Shown: positions 12,767 to 25,300 of the stretch, piece by piece
How positions within the stretch are numbered: the first letter of the stretch is position 1
Layout of the letters: every line of letters starts with the position of its first letter
Assembly (NCBI GenBank): GCA_964016885.1
Contig: OZ024740.1
Span: 4,216,001-4,280,000, forward strand
From: Eledone cirrhosa
Lineage: Eukaryota
Direction of reading: 5' to 3'
Length of the DNA stretch: 64,000 nucleotides
Notes under the pieces: generated by a model
Told to the model about the DNA's origin: nothing
Database searches by the model: none
Seen by the model: only the letters and a program-made list of their open reading frames with translations
Made by a program: the position numbers and the translations under genes

Positions 12767-13003
12767 GTGAAAGAAGAGGAAAAAGCGGAGACGAGGGAAG
12801 CACCTACTCTTTGTGCTCCTGAGGAGAAGGGTTACACATTTTTTCCGGGGTGTGTGCGACCCATGTTAATGCCCCCTCCCTATTGAGGACTTCGTTTGTT
12901 GTTGTTATTTCATTGTTATATTTTTGTACTCGTTAATTATATGTAAACTTCCCCCCTTGTATCTGTCCCTACCTTTTGTGCCCTAGTGGCAAATAAAGAA
13001 ACC

Positions 13004-14438
13004 ACTCTATATATACTATTGTATTTTCACAGTAAAGGCTTTACCTCACATAATACCTCACATAACATTTACATTACTCCATATATACTATTGTATTTTC
13101 ACAGTAAAGGCTTTACCTCACATAATATCTCACATAACATCTACATTACTCTATATATACTATTGTATTGTCACAGTAAAGGCTTTACCTCACATAATAC
13201 CTCACATAACATTAACATTACTCTATATATACTATTGTATTTTCACAGTAAAGGCTTTACCTCACATAATATCTCACATAACATTTACATTACTCTATAT
13301 ATACGATTGTATTTTCACAGTAAAGGCTTTACCTCACATAATATCTCACATAACATTTACATTACTCTATATATACTATTGTATTGTCACAGTAAAGGCT
13401 TTACCTCACATAATATCTCACATAACATTTACATTATTCTATATATACTATTGTATTGTCACAGTAAAGGCTTTACCTCACATAATACCTCACATAACAT
13501 TTACATTATTCTATATATACGATTGTATTTTCACAGTAAAGGCTTTACCTCACATAATATCTCACATAATATTTACATTATTCTATATATACGATTGTAT
13601 TTTCACAGTAAGGGCTTTACCTCACATAATATCTCACATAACATTTACATTACTCTATATATACTATTGTATTTTCACAGTAAAGGCTTTACCTCACATA
13701 ATACCTCACATAACATCTACATTACTCTATATATACTATTGTATTGTCACAGTAAAGGCTTTACCTCACATAATACCTCACATAACATTTACATTACTCT
13801 ATATATACTATTGTATTTTCACAGTAAAGGCTTTACCTCACATAATATCTCACATAACATTTACCTTACTCTATATATACTATTGTATTGTCACAGTAAA
13901 GGCTTTACCTCACATAATATCTCACATAACATTTACATTACTCTATATATACTATTGTATTTTCACAGTAAAGGCTTTACCTCACATAATACCTCACATA
14001 ACATTTACATTACTCTATATATACTATTGTATTTTCACAGTAAAGCCTTTACCTCACATAATATCTCACATAACATTTACATTACTCCATATATACTATT
14101 GTATTGTCACAGGAAAGGATTTACCTCACATAATATCTCACATAACATCTACATTACTCTATATATACTATTGTATTTTCACAGTAAAGGCTTTACCTCA
14201 CATAATACCTCACATAACATCTACATTACTCTATATATACTATTGTATTTTCACAGTAAAGGCTTTACCTCACATAATACCTCACATAACATTTACATTA
14301 CTCCATATATACTATTGTATTTTCACAGTAAAGGCTTTACCTCACATAATATCTCACATAACATCTACATTACTCTATATATACTATTGTATTGTCACAG
14401 TAAAGGCTTTACCTCACATAATATCTCACATAACATCT
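13004..14438. repeat. 72-bp satellite spacer 1 (1435 bp = 20x72-5)
   Basis: Direct count from junction coordinates. Confidence 0.96.
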
Positions 14439-14647
14439 CGTATACGAGAGACGTGTGTTGACGTGTGTGAACAAGCTCGGCTACCGAGTCGGATTTACTT
14501 ACTCAAAAAGTGAGTTTTGATTAATTTTTTTATACTGTAATATACGTTAACCCCTTGCCTTGGTCGTCAAACTTTGAGTTTATTTATTTTCGCCCCTTTT
14601 TGGGGCGAATTTTCCAGTTAAAAATTTATTACGGCAAACTAATAGAA

Positions 14648-16389
14648 ATGGACGGAATTTTCACATCTCATCCTAACGTGAAAGCCACGCCCCCTAAGAA
14701 AGGTGATACAGAGAAGCTAGAAGCACAAGGCTCTAAGTCTTCCCTCCTCACTTCTGCAAAAGAAACATGGAACACGGAATTAAAAGAAAAATTTGTAGAA
14801 ATGGGTGAAAACCCAGAAAGTCACATAAACGCAGACAAAAACATCAACGACAATAACAGCAATAGTCACAACACCAACCAAGGAAAAAATAACGATAACA
14901 CCAAACAAAGTGAACCCACTACTGGTACCTCCTTTGCACAGGCGGTCCGGAAAACACAAACCTGCAAGCAACTGGACATTACAACTCTGAGAGAAAAGAT
15001 GAAGGAAGCGAAACAGTATGTAACTTTCAAAGAAGGAGGAGACTTCACAATCACCTCCCCACAAGAAATCAAAAGAGACACGACGCTAAGAACGATATCT
15101 TTCAGAACAATTTCCAACATAACAAGGAAACCAACTCAATTATCCCAAAAAGAGATTGAGCTGGTCCTAAAAAATGTGTGGAGTGATATATCGTTCATAC
15201 AAAAAGGGCCACTCTATGGGAATATAACGGTCCTAATGAAGGATCAATTGACGGCCAGGAAATACTCTGTGGCACCAATTGTTTCCAAGATATATACATT
15301 TTTCCCCACATATTTAGGGAAAAGAACGCAGAAGATAAGGGTCTCCGGAATCCGGCCAAATGCATGCATTTCCTGGGTACTAACAGGATTTTTAGAAGAC
15401 GAGGACGGAATCCTCTCAGTAGGAGAAGTCACCACAGACGTTTTCGGCGGTTTGAGCGTGGAGGTTCTGGTCCAAATGAGACCAGAACGAATCGCTAGAA
15501 TACCACAGAGGGTGTCCCTCGATGGAGAAACATTTATATATATTTCAGCCGAGGGTAGGAGGCCCATATGTTACTACTGTTCAAGCAGGGGTCATCTAAG
15601 GGCTGCTTGTCCTCAATTGACAAAAAAAAAGCTCTTTTGCCTACACCCCACACACCACCACCGCCACCACCACCACCACCACCACCTCCACCACCACCAC
15701 CACAACAACAACAAAAACAACAGGGAAAAATAACACAAGACACGGCCCCACCCAAAACAACTCCCAAAACACACACAAATACAACAAAACCCCAAAATAC
15801 ACCACTACCCGACAGCACGGACGAGGACCCAGCGGAAACGGCACCTAGTGACGAAGAGGGGGAACCCTTCCAACCTGTAAAAAGGAAAAAAAGAAAGCAC
15901 CACTCGAACATAAACGAAACAAACACACAACCACCAACAAAAACAAAACAAACAGAACAAACAAAATCCGCCCCACCCCAAAACATAACACATACAACAA
16001 AACGTAAGCACACACAAGAACAACAAACAAACACAACACAAATAAAACAGTATACATACATTAACACAAATAACAAAGAACTAGTAAAAACAATACACAA
16101 AGACCCTTTGGTGGAAACTGAAGGGCAATTCTTTGCAAGCGCGGCCAACAAACCGCATTTAAAAATGATAAGACTCCCAATGGACACCTATGCAAAACTA
16201 AGAGAGAACTTTCCTGAGGACGTGGGGAAAACATGTACTCGACCCTATAACCGCGTCCTCTTGAAACGTTTCCCCACCCACACCTCACCAAACACCCCCA
16301 CTCCACCACAGAACAACACCCCACCAAACAACCCCTCCAATACGCCCATGGATATTGTGCAACCTGCTCCTCAGGAGCCGAACAGGTAG
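14648..16389 (+). pseudogene. ORF1 copy 2, -1 frameshift at 15622-15631 (A9G)
   Basis: One G is missing after the A9 run; possibly a sequencing error. Confidence 0.8.
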
Positions 16390-16410
16390 GTCCTTCCTCT
16401 TTTAACCAAC

Positions 16411-19400
16411 ATGGCTGATATAAGAGTTGGGTTTCTGAATGTACGTGGCCTGGGACTGTCTTGGAAACAAGGCAAACTTTTAAACGATCTCAGGTCACAT
16501 AGAATGGATGTAATGGCTATTTGCGAGTCCAGGATCAGCAGCGAGCACCAACTGGCGCCCCTCTTCGACGACTTTGAGATCTTCGCATCTCTCTGTCAAC
16601 CGGGGGGTGGGGGTGGAGTTGTCGTTCTGCTGCGAAAACACCTGGGCCTCGCCATACAGAAGGTGCACCTGGACCCGGAGGGTCGACTGGTGGTTTTAGA
16701 CGTCGGCAGTAGTGAAAGTGGAGCCCTTAGACTAATAGCTGTGTACGCCCCTTTTTGGGCAGCGCGGCCGGAATACTTCCAACGTCTGGAAACTTTTCTG
16801 GGAACGTCCCGCTCCTTGCTTTTAGTGGGGGACTGGAATGGTATCCTGGATGCACGTTGGGACTATGTAGGGGCATGTGCCAATAGAGGGGGGTGTAAAA
16901 GCCTCAAAAGGTTAATCGGCCGATTTGACCTGGCCGATAGATATCGACTAGATTTTCCGACTGTACCACTATGGACGTGGACCAATCGCAGTGGAACATC
17001 TAGGTCGTACCTAGATAGGGTCCTAGTTAGAGAGAACGATAGGGACACATTTAGCTGTCCAAAAATGTTCATGGTTGACTATTCGGATCACAAGTTAGTG
17101 ACCTGCATAGCCAACCTTGATAGAACCCATAGACAGGGACCCGGTTACTGGAAGCTGAACTTGTCCTTACCGAGAAGCAAAGCTTACAGTAAACGGATTA
17201 GCACGTTAGTTAAGCAGAGTTTGACAGGGGCAATTGTCAACAACAGGTGGTGGAGCTCTCTTAAGAGAGAAATTAGAATAGAATCGATAGGTTTTAGTCA
17301 GGAATTAGCAAGGGATAGGAACAAGACGGAAAGGGAATTAGTAGATAGAGTAGAAGAGGCGATTAGGAGTGGCAATGTAGCCGGCGTGCTGGCATCAAGA
17401 ATGGCCTTAGACCAGTTCTTTGAGGTGAAGCATGAAGGCTGCGTTGTCAGGAGTAAAATACGTGCTCTGGGTAATGAGGGAGCCAAAGCTGTAAGCTGGG
17501 CCCGAGTGACAGAGGCAAAAAGTGGGAACAAGTCCACGATTCGGTCTTTGAAGGACCAGGATGGGCGTGTGATCCTTGAACCTGGGCAGATGTGTGCGGC
17601 CTTTCAGCGGCACTTTGCACGACTGTTCGAGAGGGGCGGCGCGCCGGGTGAGACTATGGATTTCAATCCATACCTCGACGGTCTGCCGCGCCTCTCGGAC
17701 GCGGAGGCGAAGTCCTGCGAAAGGACGATTTCAGCTGCTGAGATAGGGGCGGCGCTGAGCCAATGCGGCAAACGCAAATCCCCGGGTCTCGATGGTCTAC
17801 CATACGAGCTATATGTAGCGATGCCGGACTTGTTCTCCGATATCCTCGAAGCGGTCTACTGCAACTGGCAGCAGAACGGGAGAATTCCCAGTTCTGTGAC
17901 CAAGGGCGTAGTTACGCTGGTGAGGAAGGATGAGAACAAGGGGGATGACATAAGTAACTTCAGGCCCATAACTCTGCTAAATACAGAGTTAAAGATTTTG
18001 GCCAAGGTGTTAGCGAAGAGGTTGGCGCTTGTCGTTGGAAACCTGGTGGGAGAAGCGCAGACATGCGCAATCCCGTCCAGGTCCATTCACGACAATCTCC
18101 ACCTTATGCGATACATCATAGAGAGGGTAGGGAATGAACCCGGCTTTGGTGGGGCCCTGATCAACTTGGATCAATCTAAAGCTTTCGATAGGGTTGACCA
18201 TCGTTACCTGGATGCGGTGCTCGCGGCGGCAGGCTTCGGACCCGTTTTCAGGGGTTGGATTGCTGCGATGCACAGCAGCAACGTCTGCTCAAGGGTCAAG
18301 GTGAACGGCCACCTCTCGGAGCCGTTCCAAATCATGCGATCCATCCGACAGGGATGCCCTCTCTCCTCCCTACTGTATGTGCTGGCTCTTGAGCCACTAC
18401 TGCGGAAGTTGGAGCGGTTGCAGGGCATCCCTTTGGAACCGGGATTGCAGAAAGCGGCGTCGGCCTACGCCGATGACGTGACAGTAATGGTGTCGAAAAC
18501 CTCGCAAATCGGTGAGATCGGCACCTTACTGGAGGAATATGAAAGGTTTACAGGAGCCAAGCTGAACCGGGACAAGTCCGTCGGTTTGCAACTCGGAACA
18601 TGGAGAGGCAAACCGATGCCCTCCAACGACGTCGTCGGACGCTGGACGGAGGGCCCGGTGAAGCTGCTTGGGGTCTGGTTCGGACCAGACCTCCAGGTGG
18701 AGAAAAACTGGAACGAGGTAACGGCCAGGGTGTTTGCACTCACCCAGAAGTGGGCCCAGTGCAAACTATCCCTGAAAGGTCGAGCGGAGGTGGCGAATAC
18801 TTATATAGCATCCGTCATCTACTACCGCTTGACCGTCGTGCCTTGCCCAGTGAAAAGACTCGCCAAAATGGAGTGCGCGCTGTTCCAATTTCTTTGGAAC
18901 AAGCGGACCCCTTTGGTGAGGAGATCCATCTGCTGTCAACACCCTTCGAAAGGAGGGCTGGGGATGCCGTGGCTACAGATGCGTAAACACGCATTAAGGC
19001 TACGGCACCTCCAGGTATTCCTCACCGGTCAACCGGTGTGGGCCCCGTTTGTGAGGCGAGCCTTTCCCAGACTCGTCTCGCTCACCGAGCTGCAATCCTG
19101 GGTCAAGCAAAGACCGAGAAAAGTGGGCGACTGGCACATTGAATGTGCCCAGGCGCTCACGGCCCTCTGGAAAGCGGACCCGGCAATCAGTGGAGACTCC
19201 ACCTCGACATTCTATAGAGGGTTGGTACGCAGCAGGTGCGACGATGCTCTCGGAGAAGCTCTAGGCATGGAGGAAGATGAACTGGCCAGTCTGTTCGGTA
19301 GGACGTTTGGCCCTGGACCGATGGACAACTTCCAAAAGTCCCTGGCTTGGCAGTGCTACCGAGGGGCTCTACCCGTTCGAGACAAACTCCACAGGCATGG

Positions 19401-19848
19401 GAGCCTGGGTAGAGATCCTTTGAATAAGATCTGTCCGAGATGCGTGCATGATGACGAAACCGTTGCGCACGCATTCGTACACTGCCCAGGCATTGCTGAC
19501 CTGTGGGGCTATGTGGAACGACTACTGTCGAGGGTGGGACCAATCCGGTTGACCACCGAGTCCATTGTCACGATCAAACCGCCTCCCCCTTTCAAAAACG
19601 AAGGAGAGGCGGTTTTTCTCTGTGTGGTAGCCATGGCTAAAGAAGTTGTATGGTGGACGAGGCTGAAAGGGCTGAGGTCAGACACCTTTCTCTCCGGCCA
19701 ACAACTGGTCCCCTTTTTCAAATACCATTTTAAAAGAAGGATCAGAATGGAGAGAGAGGTGCTCTACCCCAGCAAGTTTTATGAAAGGTGGGTGAAAGTA
19801 GGGAGAATGGCCAGAGTGAATGGGTCTTCTCTCTATATCAGCCTGTAG
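16411..19848 (+). CDS. ORF2 copy 2, intact 1145 aa APE-RT
   Basis: APE motifs LNVRG, ICESR, GDWN, YLDR, SDH; Tx1/L1-type GPGYWKLN; RT motifs KSPGLDG, FRPITLLN, DQSKAFDRV, RQGCPLS, YADD; C-terminal CPRC...ETVAHAFVHC. Confidence 0.95.
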   Translation: MADIRVGFLNVRGLGLSWKQGKLLNDLRSHRMDVMAICESRISSEHQLAPLFDDFEIFASLCQPGGGGGVVVLLRKHLGLAIQKVHLDPEGRLVVLDVGSSESGALRLIAVYAPFWAARPEYFQRLETFLGTSRSLLLVGDWNGILDARWDYVGACANRGGCKSLKRLIGRFDLADRYRLDFPTVPLWTWTNRSGTSRSYLDRVLVRENDRDTFSCPKMFMVDYSDHKLVTCIANLDRTHRQGPGYWKLNLSLPRSKAYSKRISTLVKQSLTGAIVNNRWWSSLKREIRIESIGFSQELARDRNKTERELVDRVEEAIRSGNVAGVLASRMALDQFFEVKHEGCVVRSKIRALGNEGAKAVSWARVTEAKSGNKSTIRSLKDQDGRVILEPGQMCAAFQRHFARLFERGGAPGETMDFNPYLDGLPRLSDAEAKSCERTISAAEIGAALSQCGKRKSPGLDGLPYELYVAMPDLFSDILEAVYCNWQQNGRIPSSVTKGVVTLVRKDENKGDDISNFRPITLLNTELKILAKVLAKRLALVVGNLVGEAQTCAIPSRSIHDNLHLMRYIIERVGNEPGFGGALINLDQSKAFDRVDHRYLDAVLAAAGFGPVFRGWIAAMHSSNVCSRVKVNGHLSEPFQIMRSIRQGCPLSSLLYVLALEPLLRKLERLQGIPLEPGLQKAASAYADDVTVMVSKTSQIGEIGTLLEEYERFTGAKLNRDKSVGLQLGTWRGKPMPSNDVVGRWTEGPVKLLGVWFGPDLQVEKNWNEVTARVFALTQKWAQCKLSLKGRAEVANTYIASVIYYRLTVVPCPVKRLAKMECALFQFLWNKRTPLVRRSICCQHPSKGGLGMPWLQMRKHALRLRHLQVFLTGQPVWAPFVRRAFPRLVSLTELQSWVKQRPRKVGDWHIECAQALTALWKADPAISGDSTSTFYRGLVRSRCDDALGEALGMEEDELASLFGRTFGPGPMDNFQKSLAWQCYRGALPVRDKLHRHGSLGRDPLNKICPRCVHDDETVAHAFVHCPGIADLWGYVERLLSRVGPIRLTTESIVTIKPPPPFKNEGEAVFLCVVAMAKEVVWWTRLKGLRSDTFLSGQQLVPFFKYHFKRRIRMEREVLYPSKFYERWVKVGRMARVNGSSLYISL

Positions 19849-20085
19849 GTGAAAGAAGAGGAAAAAGAGGAGACGAGGGAAGCACCTACTCTTTGTGCTC
19901 CTGAGGAGAAGGGTTACACATTTTTTCCGGGGTGTGTGCGACCCATGTTAATGCCCCCTCCCTATTGAGGACTTCGTTTGTTGTTGTTATTTCATTGTTA
20001 TATTTTTGTACTCGTTAATTATATGTAAACTTCCCCCCTTGTATCTGTCCCTACCTTTTGTGCCCTAGTGGCAAATAAAGAAACC

Positions 20086-20368
20086 ACTCTATATATACGA
20101 TTGTATTTTCACAGTAAAGGCTTTACCTCACATAATATCTCACATAACATTTACATTACTCTATATATACTATTGTATTTTCACAGTAAAGGCTTTACCT
20201 CACATAATATCTCACATAACATTAATATTACTCTATATATACTATTGTATTTTCACAGTAAAGGCTTTACCTCACATAATATCTCACATAACATTTACAT
20301 TACTCTATATATACTATTGTATTGTCACAGGAAAGGCTTTACCTCACATAATATCTCACATAACATCT
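20086..20368. repeat. 72-bp satellite spacer 2 (283 bp = 4x72-5)
   Basis: Direct count; appears identical to spacer 3. Confidence 0.96.
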
Positions 20369-20577
20369 CGTATACGAGAGACGTGTGTTGACGTGTGTGA
20401 ACAAGCTCGGCTACCGAGTCGGATTTACTTACTCAAAAAGTGAGTTTTGATTAATTTTTTTATACTGTAATATACGTTAACCCCTTGCCTTGGTCGTCAA
20501 ACTTTGAGTTTATTTATTTTCGCCCCTTTTTGGGGCGAATTTTCCAGTTAAAAATTTATTACGGCAAACTAATAGAA

Positions 20578-22299
20578 ATGGACGGAGTTTTCACATCTCA
20601 TCCTAACGTGAAAGCCACGCCCCCTAAGAAAGGTGATACAGAGAAGCTAGAAGCACAAGGCTCTAAGTCTCCCCTCCTCACTTCTGCAAAAGAAACATGG
20701 AACACGGAATTAAAAGAAAAATTTGTAAAAATGGGTGAAAACCCAGAAAGTCACATAAACGCAGACAAAAACAACAACGACAATAACAGCAATAGTCACA
20801 ACACCAACCAAGCAAAAAATAACGATAACACCAAACAAAGCGAACCCACTACTGGTGCCTCCTTTGCATAGGCGGTCCGGAAAACACAAACCTGCAAGCA
20901 ACTGGACATTACAACTCTGAGAGAAAAGATGAAGGAAGCGAAACAGTATGTAACTTTCAAAGAAGGAGGAGACTTCACAATCACCTCCCCACAAGAAATC
21001 AAAAGAGACACGACGCTAAGAACGATATCTTTCAGAACAATTTCCAACATAACAAGGAAACCAACTCAATTATCCCAAAAAGAGATTGAGCTGGTCCTAA
21101 AAAATGTGTGGAGTGATATATCGTTCATACAAAAAGGGCCACTCTATGGGAATATAACGGTCCTAATGAAGGATCAATTGACGGCCAGGAAATACTCTGT
21201 GGCACCAATTGTTTCCAAGCTACATACATTTTTCCCCACATATTTAGGGAAAAGAACGCAGAAGATAAGGGTCTCCGGAATCCGGCCAAATGCATGCATT
21301 TCCTGGGTACTAACAGGATTTTTAGAAGACGAGGACGGAATCCTCTCAGTAGGAGAAGTCACCACAGACGTTTTCGGCGGTTTGAGCGTGGAGGTTCTGG
21401 TCCAAATGAGACCAGAACGAATAGCTAGAATACCACAGAGGGTGTCCCTCGATGGAGAAACATTTATATATATTTCAGCCGAGGGTAGGAGGCCCATATG
21501 TTACTACTGTTCAAGCAGGGGTCATCTAAGGGCTGCTTGTCCTCAATTGACAAAAAAAAAGGCTCTTTTGCCTACACCCCACACACCACCACCGCCACCA
21601 CCACCACCACCACAACAACAACAAAAACAACACGGAAAAATAACACAAGACACGGCCCCACCCAAAACAACTCCCAAAACACACACAAATACAACAAAAC
21701 CCCAAAATACACCACTACCCGACAGCACGGACGAGGACCCAGCGGAAACGGCACCTAGTGACGAAGAGGGGGAACCCTTCCAACCTGTAAAAAGGAAAAA
21801 AAGAAAGCACCACTCGAACATAAACGAAACAAACACACAACCACCAACAAAAACAAAACAAACAGAACAAACAAAATCCGCCCCACCCCAAAACATAACA
21901 CATACAACAAAACGTAAGCACACACAAGAACAACAAACAAACACAACACAAATAAAACAGTATACATACATTAACACAAATAACAAAGAACTAGTAAAAA
22001 CAATACACAAAGACCCTTTGGTGGAAACTGAAGGGCAATTCTTTGCAAGCGCGGCCAACAAACCGCATTTAAAAATGATAAGACTCCCAATGGACACCTA
22101 TGCAAAACTTATAGAGAACTTTCCTGAGGACGTGGGGAAAACATGTACTCGACCCTATAACCGCGTCCTCTTGAAACGTTTCCCCACCCACACCTCACCA
22201 AACACCCCCACTCCACCACAGAACAACACCCCACCAAACAACCCCTCCAATACGCCCATGGATATTGTGCAACCGGCTCCTCAGGAGCCGAACAGGTAG
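20578..22299 (+). pseudogene. ORF1 copy 3, premature TAG at 20869-20871
   Basis: CAG>TAG shared with copies 4 and 5; a 456-aa ORF remains from the ATG at 20929. Confidence 0.85.
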
Positions 22300-22320
22300 G
22301 TCCTTCCTCTTTTAACCAAC

Positions 22321-25300
22321 ATGGCTGATATAAGAGTTGGGTGTCTGAATGTACGTGGCCTGGGACTGTCTTGGAAACAAGGCAAACTTTTAAACGCTCT
22401 CAGGTCGCATAGAATGGATGTAATGGCTATTTGCGAGTCCAGGATCAGCAGCGAGCACCAACTGGCGCCCCTCTTCGACGACTTTGAGATCTTCGCATCT
22501 CTCTGTCAACCGGGGGGTGGGGGTGGAGTTGTCGTTCTGCTGCGAAAACACCTGGGCCTCGCCATACAGAAGGTGCACCTGGACCCGGAGGGTCGACTGG
22601 TGGTTTTAGACGTCGGCAGTAGTGAAAGTGGAGCCCTTAGACTAATAGCTGTGTACGCCCCTTTTTGGGCAGCGCGGCCGGAATACTTCCAACGTCTGGA
22701 AACTTTTCTGGGAACGTCCCGCTCCTTGCTTTTAGTGGGGGACTGGAATGGTATCCTGGATGCACGTTGGGACTATGTAGGGGCATGTGCCAATAGAGGG
22801 GGGGGGTGTAAAAGCCTCAAAAGGTTAATCGGCCGATTTGACCTGGCCGATAGATATCGACTAGATTTTCCGACTGTACCACTATGGACGTGGACCAATC
22901 GCAGTGGAACATCTAGGTCGTACCTAGATAGGGTCCTAGTTAGAGAGAACGATAGGGACACATTTAGCTGTCCAAAAATGTTCATGGTTGACTATTCGGA
23001 TCACAAGTTAGTGACCTGCATAGCCAACCTTGATAGAACCCATAGACAGGGACCCGGTTACTGGAAGCTGAACTTGTCCTTACCGAGAAGCAAAGCTTAC
23101 AGTAAACGGATTAGCACGTTAGTTAAGCAGAGTTTGACAGGGGCAATTGTCAACAACAGGTGGTGGAGCTCTCTTAAGAGAGCAATTAGAATAGAATCGA
23201 TAGGTTTTAGTCAGGAATTAGCAAGGGATAGGAACAAGACGGAAAGGGAATTAGTAGGTAGAGTAGAAGAGGCGATTAGGAGTGGAAATGTAGCCGGCGT
23301 GCTGGCATCAAGAATGGCCTTAGACCAGTTCTTTGAGGTGAAGCATGAAGGCTGCGTTGTCAGGAGTAAAATACGTGCTCTGGGTAATGAGGGAGCCAAA
23401 GCTGTGAGCTGGGCCCGAGTGACAGAGGCAAAAAGTGGGAACAAGTCCACGATTCGGTTTTTGAAGGACCAGGATGGGCGTGTGATCCTTGAACCTGGGC
23501 AGATGTGTGCGGCCTTTCAGCGGCACTTTGCACGACTGTTCGAGAGGGGCGGCGCGCCGGGTGAGACTATGGATTTCAATCCATACCTCGACGGTCTGCC
23601 GCGCCTCTCGGACGCGGAGGCGAAGTCCTGCGAAAGGACGATTTCAGCTGCTGAGATAGGGGCGGCGCTGAGCCAATGCGGCAAACGCAAATCCCCGGGT
23701 CTCGATGGTCTACCATACGAGCTATATGTAGCGATGCCGGACTTGTTCTCCGATATCCTCGAAGCGGTCTACTGCAACTGGCAGCAGAACGGGAGAATTC
23801 CCAGTTCTGTGACCAAGGGCGTAGTTACGCTGGTGAGGAAGGATGAGAACAAGGGGGATGACATAAGTAACTTCAGGCCCATAACTCTGCTAAATACAGA
23901 GTTAAAGATTTTGGCCAAGGTGTTAGCGAAGAGGTTGGCGCTTGTCGTTGGAAACCTGGTGGGAGAAGCGCAGACATGCGCAATCCCGTCCAGGTCCATT
24001 CACGACAATCTCCACCTTATGCGATACATCATAGAGAGGGTAGGGAATGAACCCGGCTTTGGTGGGGCCCTGATCAACTTGGATCAATCTAAAGCTTTCG
24101 ATAGGGTTGACCATCGTTACCTGGATGCGGTGCTCGCGGCGGCAGGCTTCGGACCCGTTTTCAGGGGTTGGATTGCTGCGATGCACAGCAGCAACGTCTG
24201 CTCAAGGGTCAAGGTGAACGGCCACCTCTCGGAGCCGTTCCAAATCATGCGATCCATCCGACAGGGATGCCCTCTCTCCTCCCTACTGTATGTGCTGGCT
24301 CTTGAGCCACTACTGCGGAAGTTGGAGCGGTTGCAGGGCATCCCTTTGGAACCGGGATTGCAGAAAGCGGCGTCGGCCTACGCCGATGACGTGACAGTAA
24401 TGGTGTCGAAAACCTCGCAAATCGGTGAGATCGGCACCTTACTGGAGGAATATGAAAGGTTTACAGGAGCCAAGCTGAACCGGGACAAGTCCGTCGGTTT
24501 GCAACTCGGAACATGGAGAGGCAAACCGATGCCCTCCAACGACGTCGTCGGACGCTGGACGGAGGGCCCGGTGAAGCTGCTTGGGGTCTGGTTCGGACCA
24601 GACCTCCAGGTGGAGAAAAACTGGAACGAGGTAACGGCCAGGGTGTTTGCACTCACCCAGAAGTGGGCCCAGTGCAAACTATCCCTGAAAGGTCGAGCGG
24701 AGGTGGCGAATACTTATATAGCATCCGTCATCTACTACCGCTTGACCGTCGTGCCTTGCCCAGTGAAAAGACTCGCCAAAATGGAGTGCGCGCTGTTCCA
24801 ATTTCTTTGGAACAAGCGGACCCCTTTGGTGAGGAGATCCATCTGCTGTCAACACCCTTCGAAAGGAGGGCTGGGGATGCCGTGGCTACAGATGCGTAAA
24901 CACGCATTAAGGCTACGGCACCTCCAGGTATTCCTCACCGGTCAACCGGTGTGGGCCCCGTTTGTGAGGCGAGCCTTTCCCAGACTCGTCTCGCTCACCG
25001 AGCTGCAATCCTGGGTCAAGCAAAGACCGAGAAAAGTGGGCGACTGGCACATTGAATGTGCCCAGGCGCTCACGGCCCTCTGGAAAGCGGACCCGGCAAT
25101 CAGTGGAGACTCCACCTCGACATTCTATAGAGGGTTGGTACGCAGCAGGTGCGACGATGCTCTCGGAGAAGCTCTAGGCATGGAGGAAGATGAACTGGCC
25201 AGTCTGTTCGGTAGGACGTTTGGCCCTGGACCGATGGACAACTTCCAAAAGTCCCTGGCTTGGCAGTGCTACCGAGGGGCTCTACCCGTTCGAGACAAAC

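Larger units (their letters stand above)
7356..13003 (+). mobile_element. Tx1-like non-LTR retrotransposon, copy 1 (full length)
   Basis: 5' end CGTATACGAGAGACG, 3' end AATAAAGAAACC; carries ORF1 and ORF2; embedded in the 72-bp satellite. Confidence 0.95.
14439..20085 (+). mobile_element. Tx1-like element copy 2 (full length)
   Basis: Same termini as copy 1. Confidence 0.95.

Noticed and set aside
5047-14438. Satellite blocks as LTRs or a 67-bp TSD of the element
   Set aside because: ORF2 is APE-RT with no integrase, protease or RNase H. The paralogous empty site supports a 5-bp loss rather than duplication of a unit.
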